A DNA stretch of 64,000 nt from Chiloscyllium plagiosum (lineage: Eukaryota), in contig NC_057719.1 of the NCBI RefSeq assembly GCF_004010195.1, forward strand, positions 79,805,030 through 79,869,029, in the 5' to 3' direction. Within the stretch, counting starts at the first letter, position 1; every line of letters begins with the position of its first letter. Below, piece after piece: positions 27,218 through 39,555 of the stretch. The notes under the pieces are model-generated. The model was given only the letters and a program-made list of their open reading frames with translations. It was not told where the DNA came from and ran no database searches. The translations under genes and the position numbers were made by a program.

Positions 27218-28034
27218 TGTCATTCACCCATCATCTCTTTCCTCACTTTAAAATGGTTAAGCTGAGCCCTTCATTTAGGCCCCGAATACAATTTTTACTA
27301 ACCAGCCTTAGCCTCCCAAGGTAGGCCCAAAATTACCACACACTGTATGGGTCCCCAGAAGAGAGATTACTTCATTGTGTCTCTTTTTGGTTCCTTGCAG
27401 GCCAAGAGGACCATCTTGACCAGCCCTTTCAACCCGAGGAATCCTTGGGCCACTCCTGCCCCCCTTCCTCCCATAATCGCAGGACTCAGTGAGGTACACG
27501 CTCGTTTCTAAGTGAGGCGGCTCCAGGCTACCCAATACCCCTCATGGAGTGCTGAGGTGTCAAAAGGTGCGATCTTTTTGGTGAGATTTGTCAACTGAGG
27601 GCCACATAGAGGGGGTGAAAGCTTGCTGTACTACTGCACCAAAGAACCATTCCTTAAGCAACACTGCAAAAAGATAATTAGCTGGTTAGTACTAGCACGT
27701 TGCAGTCTGTGTGTAAATTGGCTGCTGTGTTTTCTACATTAGAGCAATGGTGGCAGCATTCCACCTCATATGACAATGGGCATGTGCCAAGTTGGTCGAT
27801 ATTTTGTTCAGTATTGCCCGCTAAAGGGACTGGCATGGGAAAGTGGAGGATTCACTGCTTTCTGTTTTCACCTTTACTACAATAAACCGTCCCAGAAAGG
27901 GACGTTATCAAAGACAATTTGACACAGGCCCACACCGACGGAATATTAGAGATTCATAACTGAACCAGGAGGTCGTTTTAATAAGCAGGGCAATGAAGCC
28001 TCTAGATATAAACAAGGGTCTCAGGCACAGATAC

Positions 28035-28305
28035 AGAATCCCTATGGTGTGGAAGCAGGTCATTCAGCCCATCGGGACCACACCAACCCTGTGAAGAGCT
28101 TCCCACCCAGATTCACTATCCCTGTAATCCTGCATTTCCCATGGCCTATCCACCTAATCTGCACATCTTTGGATTATTGGAGGAAACCCACGCAGACACT
28201 GGGGGAATGTGCAAACTCCACACAGACAGGCACCCGAGGGTGGGATCAAGCCCACGTCCCTGGCGATGTGAGGCAGCAGTGCTAACCACTGAGCCACTGT
28301 ACCGC
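28035..28305 (-). mobile_element. HE1-type V-SINE
   Basis: Head, core and tail recognisable. Confidence 0.8.
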
Positions 28306-29681
28306 CTCTGATAGGCTGAGGCCGGGTGGACTTGGGAGGTGCCATGGGAGTGGAAATAGCTGCCCTTGGCGAGGACAAAAATGAGGCCGGCAGCTCAATC
28401 TGGGGAGACCAAGGCTGAGAACAGTCTGGATCGGCCTCAGAGTGTGGCCAATAGAGGCTGCAGTAGTGGCTAAGTTTGAGTCTGCACATCCAGTAGTGGA
28501 GTTGGGATAGTCAGTCAAACAGAGGCAGTAGGGTGAGCCAAAAGAGCTGGTGATGAGGTAGAGCTGGCTGCCATTGGCAAACACATGCAAAGAATTTCAT
28601 GGCCTCAGAATGTCCCAGACTCCTTTGCAGCTTTTGAAATGCCCTCACTGTTGTCAGCGAGCAAAACACAACAGCCAATTCATGCACAGCAAGCTCCCAC
28701 ATAATCTGATTTACAGATGATGGAAGCAGTCTAGGATAGCTGGAAGATTTCTTTCCACTCTTTCAAGTGGTGTAATAACTTTTCTTTTGAACATCCATCA
28801 GAAATGGCAGACAAAGCCAGAATTTGACATCTCATGCGGAAACTGGCATTGGCAGCATTGTCCAAAATCTCAAGGGTTTGAGTTAGGACTAGAATGCACA
28901 CTCTTTGACTTGTTGAAGAGATTGCTGTCCATGTTACCACAACCTGGTCTGACGAAGCCCCCTCCCTTCACAGACTCTTGGCTACAGAGTAGCTCCTGAA
29001 TTTCACCTGTTTCTGAGTGGTTCTTCACCAATGAATCACGTTAGTACTGTCCACACTGACCGGTACGTGACCGCAGTGGCTATCACTATTTTCTGCCTCC
29101 ACCTTATTTCAATTACCACAAAAATCCTCAAATAATTTTATTTCCAGTCTCAGTTAGCGAAGCCTGGTAGGCCCCATAAACACTGTTTGTGTAAATCTAG
29201 TGTACATATAGGTCTAGGAATTGAGCTGCATAGTCATCATTTTTAAAGGCGCTATGCGGACAGCTAAGGCCCCAAAACGGCAGGTTACTTACCCTCCCAA
29301 AGGTAGCCCCCTTTCCAATTTCTATGCCATTCTGGTCCCTACTCTCCCATTTCACTTACCTACCCTTTCAATCAAATTCACTTAACTCTCAACAGAGGGA
29401 AAGCAGAGGTCCGTGATTTTCCACACTCAGCCAGCGCAGAACCACTAATATTCTGACTTTCATCACTTCCCAGCCTCTGGTTTTGTTCTGTCCTCTTGTT
29501 GTTTATGGAATAATGCACCCTCAGTGCCTGCCTCTCACCCAGTGAGGTGGCAGCCAGCAAGTAAGGGGAGACTACGATTACATACTTGGATAAGCAATGG
29601 CTTTTGTAATGGATTAACATTAGACCCAAGGGGAAGGGGTAATGGAGATAGATAGATGAGATAGTTAGATAGATAAGGTAG

Positions 29682-29817
29682 GAGAAAGTGAGGACTGCAG
29701 ATGCTGGAGATCAGAGCTGAAAATGTGTTGCTGGAAAAGCGCAGCAGGTCAGGCAGCATCCAAGGAGCAGGAGAATCGACGTTTCGGGCATGAGCCCTTC
29801 TTCAGGTTTTCAGCTCG
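29682..29817 (-). mobile_element. ~125-bp non-autonomous PLE-derived insert with hammerhead core
   Basis: CUGAAGAAGGGCUCAUGCCCGAAACGUC at its 5' end. 14-bp direct flanks GATAGATAAGGTAG at 29668-29681 and 29818-29831. Short inverted self-copy at 29807-29816. Confidence 0.75.
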
Positions 29818-29847
29818 GATAGATAAGGTAGACAGATAGATAAGAGA

Positions 29848-30276
29848 GAGATGAGATGGGAGAGATGAGATGGGAGAGATGAGATGGGAGCGATGAGATG
29901 GGAGCGATGAGATGGGAGCGATGAGATGGGAGCGATGAGATGGGAGCGATGAGATGGGAGCGATGAGATGGGAGCGATGAGATGGGAGCGATGAGATGGG
30001 AGCGATGAGATGGGAGCGATGAGATGGGAGCGATGAGATGGGAGCGATGAGATGGGAGCGATGAGATGGGAGCGATGAGATGGGAGCGATGAGATGGGAG
30101 CGATGAGATGGGAGCGATGAGATGGGAGCGATGAGATGGGAGCGATGAGATGGGAGCGATGAGATGGGAGCGATGAGATGGGAGCGATGAGATGGGAGCG
30201 ATGAGATGGGAGCGATGAGATGGGAGCGATGAGATGGGAGCGATGAGATGGGAGCGATGAGATGGGAGCGATGAGA
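29848..30276. repeat. Near-perfect 14-bp minisatellite (GCGATGAGATGGGA), ~30 copies
   Basis: Direct reading; first units carry GA instead of GC. Confidence 0.95.
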
Positions 30277-30620
30277 GGGGGTGTTGGGGGGGGCGGGGGG
30301 GAGGGAAAGAGAGATAGAAAGTGGGAAGAGAAAAAGAAGAGAAAGATGAGAAAGAAATGGAGCAGGCACAGATACAAGAGCGAGAAGGGCGACGTAGAGA
30401 TGGAGGAAGGGGACAGTCAGAGAGATATGCGATGGGTTGAGTTCATTGAAACTAGGTTCCAGAGGAAGATTGAAACTGCTACTCTCAGAAAAAGACCCAT
30501 CGATCTCAAAAGTCAAGATCACGCAAAGTTTCCACATCATTTAACGGCACGTTATCCATCCAACCTCAAACACGGGAATTGCATTAACTGGGGAAGGGAA
30601 CAGCAGCAAAGAAACATTAC

Positions 30621-30888
30621 CATAGAATAGTCTTTGCGGTTCGCTTTCATCTGGGGGGCTGGAGCTAGAGGTTTGCGTCCCCCTGTCACACTGTTCCTCC
30701 GGGATGCCCCCGGCTCCATTCGAGTGCTGCGTTGGAGGAAACAACCGCTGGCGCCTGGCAGTCCAGCTCGGAGAGGCACCGGATGCGTAGGTCCCGCTGG
30801 TGTCACTGTAGCCGCTGTCCGGGGCCGTTAAGTCCAGGTCGAACACTTCATCGTCACTATCGCGCTCCTCCGTATCACACAGATCCAT
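30621..30888 (-). CDS. bmf: BMF-like BH3-only protein, first coding exon (MDLCDTEERDSDDEVF...CDRGTQTSSSSP...EPQRLFY-G)
   Basis: ATG at 30888 in gacATGg context, with an in-frame TGA upstream at 30909-30907. DDEVF, RLFP, TQT and EPQRLFYG match BMF motifs. Donor TATG|GTAATG; 268 nt, phase 1. Confidence 0.88.
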
Positions 30889-32580
30889 GTCATCCAACAG
30901 CAGCCTTCACACCTGCTTCTCGGAATAAGCTTTGCCAGGAAGGGAAACAGAGGCAGGTTCCTAAGGGGAGACACACAGGGTGATATAAGATTAACAGATT
31001 AAACCCATTGTGCCTCAATCTACAATACATTGACCTGACGTTTCCCCATTTGCTTTCTTGCAGGATGACCACCAGATAAAACTCTCATCCCACACAGTTT
31101 AAATCACTGGGGGCAGACCAGTAACCAGAAATGATCCATCCCAAACCTGTTCCCAGACTCCCAACAGCTTCACTGTTCTTCGCTTTGGAAATTTCATCCA
31201 GGTTTCCAAGCTCTCTCCTTTCTGCCGAGTACTTAACGAGGCCGCAGTTTCCAACCTGGGCGGCACATTGCTGACGCTACTGGACCAGTCATCCGAAACC
31301 TCTAAGCAGACGTTCTGCGGAATGTGGGTTCAAATCCCGCCGTGGCATAATAAGAACCTTGGGGGGGGTGAAAACAAGTCCATTTTTTTGCAAGATCTCA
31401 TCTGGTCCACTCATGTCCTTCAGGGAAGGAATTCCTTCCCTGGTCTGGCCTATTACGTGACCCACAGCAACAGGTTTGAATCTTCACTGCCCTCTGGGCA
31501 ATCCCAAAAAGGAAAACCCAATAAAACTGGTGCGCATCAGAATAGAGCACCACTATGACCAGTATGTTTGTTTCCAAGTGCTGCTGGCTTTAGTCTGTAG
31601 GCAGTGCCCACCCGCATCCCATGAACTCAAAACACAACTGGGAGGCTGATTGCCAGACGACAGCTCTGACGAGTGTACCCATTCAGGGCCTGGACCAGGA
31701 AGTGATCCCAATTGGGAAAATTAGGCAATCACTAGAAGATTCCCGGGCACCGTAACATGGCACCACCAAACCCACCTCAGAGACAGTGGCACTGGGGACT
31801 GGGAGTGGAGGGGCACAGGGACATGTGTCGAATGTCTCATGCCCCTTCCGACATTTGCTGCAGACATTGCAATACTCTTTGATACGCAGTCACAAGCAGT
31901 AACAAGATAAATAGTGGGATCCTCTGGTATTGAAGAATCCGTACCAAGGTACCTTTGGACCTAAATGGCCCCATACGTGGAAACGGGTAAACTTGTAAGT
32001 ACGTGTGAGAATAAAGCTAATCGGTTTCTGTGATGTTTGAGGGAAAATATTGACCAGGGCACCAAAGGTAATTCATTCTTTTCTTCAAAGACGACCGTGG
32101 GATCTCTTAAAATGAGAGGGTACCTCAGCTTAATGGCCTTTCTGAAAGACAGCACCTCCAACAATGCAACAACCCCTCAGCACTGCACCGGAGCGTCAGC
32201 TTAGATGATAGGCTCAGGACCCTGGGGCCTGAAGGCACAATCCTCTGACTCAGGATGACAGTGTGATACCATGTGAACCCAGGCTGAACAAGAGGGATTA
32301 ATATTCAGTGTCTGGGGTCCTTACACAAGGCTTGCAGGGTGATGAGAGCCACTCAAAGGACATCTGGCTTCTTCTAAAGCACTTTCATCCTTCTGCAGAA
32401 CTCGTAACACAAGCTACAACCAACCACAAGGGAGGCAGGACATCTGTGAGAAGCCAGCACTCTTACTGGAATTGATGTCAAACACTTTGCTCAATGACAC
32501 AGTGACGTTGTTGCAAAGGGTGGCCTTGTTTACAGTCACAGGTGGATGTAGGTAGAGACAGAGAGAAAGAGCAAAAAAAT

Positions 32581-33203
32581 GGGTGCTGGGGGGAGAGTGG
32601 TTACTGAGTGACAGCGTGAGGGAGCTGGAATAACATCAAGAGAGATACAGTCAGAAACACAGGGTGCTGGGGGAAGAGGGATTACTAAGTGACAATGTGA
32701 GGGGGCTGCATTAACATCAGGAGAGATACAGTCAGTGACAGGGGGTGCTGGGAGAGGGGGGTTACTCAGTGACAGTGTGAGGGAGCTGGATCAACATCAG
32801 GAGAGATACAGTCAGTAACACAGAGCGCTGGGAGAGAAGGATTACTGAGGACAGTGTGAGGGAACTGGATTATCATTAGAGATACACTTAGTAACATGGG
32901 GTGCTGCGGGAGAAGGGTCACTGAGTGACAGTGTGAGGGAGCTGGATCAACATCAGGAGAGATACCATCAGGAACACAGGGTGCTGGGGGAGAGGGCTTA
33001 CTCAGTGATAGTGTGAGGGAGCTGGATTAACATCAGGAGAGATAGTCAGTAACACAGGGTGCTGGGAGAGAGGGATTACTGAGGACAGTGTGAGGGAAGT
33101 GGATTATCATTAGAGTTACATTTAGTAAGACGGGGTGCTGGGGGAGAGGGGTTACCGAGTGGCGGTGTGAGGGAACTGGATTAACATCAGGAGAGATACA
33201 GTT
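32581..33203. repeat. ~76-81-bp minisatellite, ~8 copies
   Basis: gggtgctggg..ttactgagtgacagtgtgagggagctggattaacatcaggagagatacagtcagtaacaca recurs. Confidence 0.9.
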
Positions 33204-33511
33204 GAGGGCTGGGTTAGAGTTGGGGTTAGGCAAGGGAGTAGTCTCTGGCCCCCAAGTGGTTGAGTTTCAAATGTAAACCATCAGCTTTTAAACATTTTCT
33301 TCTTTCCAGATTTCTCTCAATACAGTAAAAAAGAGTGAGAAACACACGGAAATGAAGAAGCTTTCTTTAAAACTCCATCCTCTTCTCCTCCTGCCCTGAA
33401 CTAGCCACCTGGTACCTCTGTATGGCGCTCCAAGGCCTTGTTGCCATGGAAGCCTTTCTGGATTTCATGATTCTGGAGGCGAACTGCTTAGTCATCTGAG
33501 TCCAAACTCAC

Positions 33512-33648
33512 TAGCACGAGTGCTGTGCAGCAGTCTCACTTCCGCCGTTTGGCCACTGGGTGATATATTTAGAGAGCACGTGCCCTGGTTCAGCCACTTT
33601 GTGGTTTTTTTCTTCAGTTCTATGAGAAAGTAATGTTTACCTCCTCAT
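33512..33648 (-). other. Candidate 5'UTR exon or alternative promoter exon
   Basis: Long pyrimidine tract ending ttcgtgctcag| at 33649, and donor CTA|GTGAGT at 33511. Non-repetitive sequence 2.6 kb upstream of the first coding exon. Confidence 0.4.
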
Positions 33649-34144
33649 CTGAGCACGAAAGGAGGAAGGGGGGGTGGGGGGGGGGGAAGAGAGGAAGCAG
33701 CCTACATAAGGAGCTCTGGCCTCTCTTTGCTTGCCACGCTTCATAACAGGAAGGAACGTGGCTCTGAGTAGGCCTTACTAACGTGAAATGATTTACATAA
33801 TCGTATATATATATGTGGAAGTATATATAGTTTCTTCCCAAGGCAAAACACAGAACTGAATCAAATCACAATCAGTTCTCTCATCAGAAAAATAAAGCGG
33901 TCCACAAAAGGTTCAACCAAAATTTAATGTTTTTTGAAAGAAAAATATATCATAGTTAGAGCACCAATCTGTCTTGACTGGAGATAGTCAACTCTTCAGA
34001 CAGATGTATATTCATTTTTGTCCCATTTGGACAGCCTATGGACCAACTCCAAAGCCATAGAGGCTTGACACAGCTTGGGAGAACTCAATGTTTGAAGACT
34101 TAGCCCTGCATAAAATGTACAGACCACTCTTCATTCAAAAAAAA

Positions 34145-35088
34145 ATCATAGAATGCCTACAGTGTGGATGCAGGCCATTCAGCCCATTGAGTCCATACTG
34201 ACCCTCCGAAAAGCATCCAACTTACACTCACCCCCTATCCTATTATCCTGCATTTCTCATGGCTCCTCCACCTAACCTGCACATCCCTGGGCACTATAGC
34301 ACGGCCAATCCACCTAACCTGCACATCCCTGGGCACTATAGCACGGCCAATCCACCTAACCTGCACATCCCTGGGCACTATAGCACGGCCAATCCACCTA
34401 ACCTGCATATCCCTGGGCACTATAGCACTCCTGAAGAAGGGCTTGTGCCCGAAACGTCGATTCTCCTGTTCCCTGGATGATGCCTGACCTGCTGCGCCTT
34501 TCCAGCAACACATTTTCAGCTCTGATCTCCAGCATCTGCAGACCTCACTTTCTCCACTATAGCACAGCCAATCCACCTAACCTGCACATCCCTGGGCACT
34601 ATAGCACGGCCAATCCACCTAACCTGCACACCTTTGGTTTGGAGGAGGAAACCAGAGCAAGTTCACACAGACATGGGGAGAATGTGCAAATTCCACAAAG
34701 ACAGTCACCTGGGCGTGGAATCGAACCGAAATCCCTGGTGCTATAAAGCTGCAGTGCTAACCACTGAGCCACCGTGCTGACTATGGCTACGTGCTGAAAG
34801 CACCTCTTTCAAATTTAGTTTCAGCACTAATCGCTCTATTTACTCTGAACTATAGCATGGCCAATCCACCTAACCTGCACACCTTTGGTTTGGAGGAGGA
34901 AACCAGAGCAAGTTCACACAGACATGGGGAGAATGTGCAAATTCCACAAAGATAGTCACCTGGGCGTGGAATCCCTGGTGCTATAAAGCAGCAGTGCTAA
35001 CCACTGAGCCACCGTGCTGACTATGGCTACGTGCTGAAAGCACCTCTTTCAAATTTAGTTTCAGCACTAATCGCTCTATTTACTCTGA
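34145..35088 (-). mobile_element. HE1-type V-SINE with internal 42-bp expansion, nested PLE insert and ~245-bp tandem duplication
   Basis: ccacctaacctgcacatccctgggcactatagcacggccaat repeated; 34598-34848 duplicated as 34849-35088. Confidence 0.8.
34429..34554 (+). mobile_element. 126-bp non-autonomous PLE-derived insert with hammerhead core, nested in a SINE
   Basis: Starts TCCTGAAGAAGGGCTTGTGCCCGAAACGTCG. 11-bp direct flanks CACTATAGCAC at 34418-34428 and 34555-34565. Confidence 0.78.
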
Positions 35089-35467
35089 TAACATTACTGA
35101 ATAACTTATTAACCTCAGGAACAAGACTGAATGATAGGCAGCAGCTAAAATGATCGAAGGGTAACCAGGGACTGTACACTGGAAGTGGCCCTAGTTCCAT
35201 GGCTGGCTCAGAACTGAGGAAAAAGGTATGTGGAGCACAAGTTAAAAAAAAAAACGGATCTGTTGGGACGTGCTAGACCTGCTTATAACCACAGCCACCC
35301 AGTTCTGCAGCTATGATCTATTGTTGTGAGGCTCATTGAGCATTGCAGATTGTTGAATGTTTCCCCAGAACAAGTTGGGAAAATAGTTGATCCCTATCAG
35401 AGAAATGACCAGGTCATTGCAAAAGAGAAACCCAATTGTTTCATGGATATCGATACCTACTGACTGA

Positions 35468-36132
35468 ACAGAGAGACCTAGGGGTTCAGGACCATAGTTT
35501 TTTGAAAGTCGCACCACAGGTAGACTTCATTGCTCACATCGTTGAGTATGGGAGTTGGGATGTCATTTTGAGGTTGTCCAGGATGTTGGTTAGGCCTCTT
35601 CTGGAGTACTGTGTACAGTCCTGGTCACCCTGTTATAGGAAGGATATTATTAAATTGGAGAGAGTTCAGATAAGATTTATCAGGATGTCGCCAGGATTTG
35701 AAAGTTTGAGTTATAAGGAGATGCTGGATAGGCTGGGACTTCCTTCACTGGGGCATGCAGGAGGTTGAGGGGTGACCTTACAGAGAATTATAAAATAATG
35801 AGGGCCATCAATCAGGTAAATAGCAAAGGTCTTTTCCCTGGGGAGTTCAAAACTGGGGGGGGGGGGGGCATATTTTAAGGTGAGAGGAGAAAGAGTTAAA
35901 AGGGACCCAAGAAGCATCTTTTCCACACGGACGGGGGTTTGTATGTGGGATGAATTGCCAGAGAAAGTGGTAGACGCAGGTACAGTTGCAACATTTAAAA
36001 GATAGTTGGACAGGTAAGTGAATAGGAAAGGTTTAGAAGGATATATATGAAACAGGGGCAAGTGGGGCTAGGTTAGTTTGGTAAATTTGGTTGGGTTGGA
36101 CCAAAAGGTCTGCTTCTGCGCTGTGACTCTAT
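35468..36132 (+). mobile_element. CR1-like LINE 3' fragment
   Basis: QRDLGV...LVRPLLEYCVQSWSPCYRKDIIKLERVQ. Confidence 0.8.
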
Positions 36133-37447
36133 GGTCTTACATGTGACTCCAGTCTCGTATAATATGGTTCACTTTCAGTGTCCTCAGATCGATTGGAGAT
36201 GCACAGTAAATGACATCTTGCCTATGTAGTATATTTCCCAAGGAACAGGTCCACCTCCAATCTTAAAAAGGTCTCAATGCTTGTAGCTTGAATAAACCAT
36301 GAAGATCAGTCACTGGATTGGGAAGAATTATTCTTTGAGCTTGTTCACTTGTCCAGCCTGACCTTCCACAGACCACTAACCTTTTGCACTGGGCACATTT
36401 AACCTGGACTGTTAGAAGGGAGGGCGCTTGAAGTCTTGGCATGAGAGATATTTATTCACATTAAAAAAAAAAGGTCATAGTGGTAAATTTTATAAATTTT
36501 CAGTCAGCCGCTTTCACCAAAACCCAGCCTGCCCACACTTCAGGGGAGGGATAAAGAGACAGCAAGGTTGGAAGAGCACAGGAATGGTTTAGGATGGTCC
36601 CAAAAGACACAGGAATGATGGATAAAGTCAACGGCGGTAACAATAGGAATGTTGTCCATGGAAGAGAGGAGCTGCAAGGGGAGGTTTTAAGAAGGGTGTA
36701 GAAATTGTGGAGAGGTTTTGGAAGAATAAATAGGGTGCAATTGTTTCATGCTCAAGTTTAATTTCAAACCACACTAACCGAGCCAGTGGGCCCTCCCACA
36801 CAGCTGCTGCCTGCAGTAAGCCAAGTTATCTGTCGAGGCTTCCTCCCACATGAAGCCTCAAAGATGGGCGCAAAGTTGCATTTCACCACAGTATCAGTGT
36901 ATGCCAAGAGAGTGTGGTGCCTGGTGATGTTCTGCCATTCACACTGGCCCCGAACGCCCAGCTCAGTGACTCGGATAAACCCGTGTGTGCCGATGGGACG
37001 CTCTCCAGCTGAGAGCTTCAGAAACCAGGAGCAGCCAGGATCAAGTGATCACGAATCGAGATCATAAATCTCAGCCTTCTGGCAGTGTTGGGCGCCACAG
37101 GGGCACCCTTGTGGTGGAACTGCTGCTTTCAAACAGCACGGCCTTATCCGTGAGCCTGAAAAGGCCTCATCTTTCCACTAAGGTATCAAACTGCGCTTTC
37201 AGGTGGAGACAAACATCACTATTCCGAAGTGCCCCAATGGCTCTTCTCGCTGGCACACCATCACTGTTTATCGAGCGGTCAGATGGAATTGACTGATTAT
37301 TTATCCTATTGCTGCTTGCAGTAATTTTCCCCCGGCTACCACATTTTCCTACATTACCATAGTGACACACTTTTAAGTAGTACTTAATTGGCTATCCAGT
37401 GCACGAGGATGCTATAGGAATGCTAGCTTCTCCTTCAGCCAAATGAA

Positions 37448-37745
37448 GGGTGGCGCAGTGGCTCAGTGGTTAGCACAGCTGCCTCAGGGACCCAAGTTCG
37501 ATTCCAGCCTCAGGCGACTGTCTGCGCAGAGTTTGCATGGGCTCCTTGGGTTTCCTCCAGGTGCTCCGGTTTCCTCCCATGGTCCAAACATGTGCAGGTT
37601 AGGTGGATTAGCCATGCTAAATTGCCCAGGGATGTGCAGGCTAGATGACCTAGCCATGGGAAATGCAGGGAGCTGGATGGGATGCTCTTCGGAAGGTCAG
37701 TGCGGACTCTATGAGCTGAATGGCCTGATTGCACACTGTAGGGCC
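37448..37745 (+). mobile_element. HE1-type V-SINE
   Basis: gtggctcagtggttagcacagctgcctca head and core. Confidence 0.8.
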
Positions 37746-38144
37746 TTACACTGCACTATGAATGCAGTGTAATTGAAGCTTGAAGCAAAACATCATATAA
37801 AGGTTTTCTCCCTTGAGGACAGGGCAATTGAGATCATCTCTGGTGAAGTAGGAATGGGTTCACTTCATAAAATCAATCCACTGAATCAGAAAATGGCTAC
37901 AGTGCAAAGGAGGCTATTCGATGCATTGTGTCTGCACCAGCTCTCCAAAACAGCGTCATGACTTTGTGCCATTTTCCTGCCTTCTCTCTATGCCTTGCAC
38001 ATTTCTCCTCTTCAAATAATCGCAAAAAGCCCTCTTCAATGCTTTAGTTAAACCTACGCCACCTCCCCCTAAATAAATTACACATGGCCAATCTCCTGCT
38101 GGATGTGACAATTAAAAAGTCCAGTGCCTCGATAGTAAATGATT

Positions 38145-38460
38145 AGATTGGATTAAATTACATTCCCTACAATATGGAAATAGGTCCTTCGGCCCAACAA
38201 GTCCACACTGACCCTCCAAAGAGTAACCCACCCAGTCCTATTCCCCTACATTTACCCCTAGCTAATGCGCCTAACACAATGGGTAATTTAGATTAGATTA
38301 GATTACATTACTTTACATTACAGCGTGGAAACAGGCCCTTTGGCCCAACAAGTCCACACCGACCCGCCGAAGCGCAATCTTTGGACTGTGGGAGGAAACC
38401 GGAGCACCCGGAGGAAACCCACCCAGACACGGAGAGAATGTGCAAACTCCACATTTAGCA
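38145..38460 (-). mobile_element. Two truncated HE1-type SINE pieces
   Basis: Two ggcccaacaagtccacac tails. Confidence 0.7.
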
Positions 38461-39325
38461 TGGATAGCATGGAATGCAGTGGATAGCAAGGTACACAGCA
38501 GTGCAGGTAACAAAGGTATCCTTACTATCACTAGTCCAGGCTGAATGCAATCGGAATCCTTCCTTAAGAGTCTCAAAGCTGGCCAGAACTTGTCCATCTG
38601 ACCCCTACCTCCCATTGAACAGGAGGGGTGCAGAGAAAGCCCGGGAAGGTCTGGCTGTGAAACCTCTCATATTTAACTTTCATGTATTTACCTTCCGGGG
38701 CCTACCTTGAAGAACATACACTGAGGTGTAAAAGGGGCTGCTGTTACTGCACAGGAATCCAGTCCGACACCAGAAGGAAGACAACAAAGGTGCAATCAGA
38801 AAGGCACCAAACTTTGGACTTCCATATTACAGAGAGTCCTGATAAGTCAAAATGAACCAAATCCCTCCCCTGTTTCATGCTACCGCCAGGCCAGATGGAA
38901 ATAAAATTTTATTTTCTCCTGTGCTCTATACAAAAAGGTTTTGCTTCTTGGCAATGTAGCTGCGAGCAAGATTTGGCTACACTTCATTGCTCCAAACTGC
39001 TGCCTTCACAAATCCACACAGCCGAGTGATATCGCCCCCTCCGGATGGATGTGGTACTGCATCCTCTGCTCCCTCACATTCAGAATCCAGCCAGGTCTTG
39101 CCCACAAGGGGCACTCTGAGCACCAGAGCTCTGCAGAAGTATCTGAGGGTCAGTGGGGCTTAGTCCCCACTCAATTCAAGCAGCAGACCTCCCATGCCTT
39201 TGCAACAATATCCTCATCTACCATCACCAATGTGCCTCTCTAATGGAAAACAGCTCTGTATATCATGTACACACTCTAGCCACCCCAGAGACAAACATTT
39301 AACATTAATAAATGTGTCAATATTT

Positions 39326-39555
39326 GCAGTAATTGGCACATACACACAATTCAGGAGCCAGGGTAGGCCTTTTTTTTATTTTATTAAACAAATTACAAAA
39401 CAGTTTACAAAAAACATTTACAGCTGTACACAAGAGACAGCAGTAATTGGCACATACACACAATTCAGGAGCCAGGGTAGGCCTTTTTTTATTTTATTAA
39501 ACAAATTACAAAACAGTTTACAAAAAACATTTACAGCAGTACACAAGAGACAGCA
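39326..39555. repeat. ~114-bp tandem duplication
   Basis: 39326-39439 repeated from 39440. Confidence 0.9.

Noticed and set aside
29749..30540. 263-aa ORF with (LIAPISSLPSHRSH)n
   Set aside because: Translation of the 14-bp minisatellite, which is stop-free in several frames.
30889..30903. Upstream CUG start as in mammalian Bmf
   Set aside because: In-frame CTG CTG TTG exist but add only 3-5 residues before a good-context ATG, with a stop just upstream; no support.
33564..33577. 14-mer GCTCTCTAAATATA shared with 6322-6335
   Set aside because: Several 14-mer matches are expected by chance in 64 kb.
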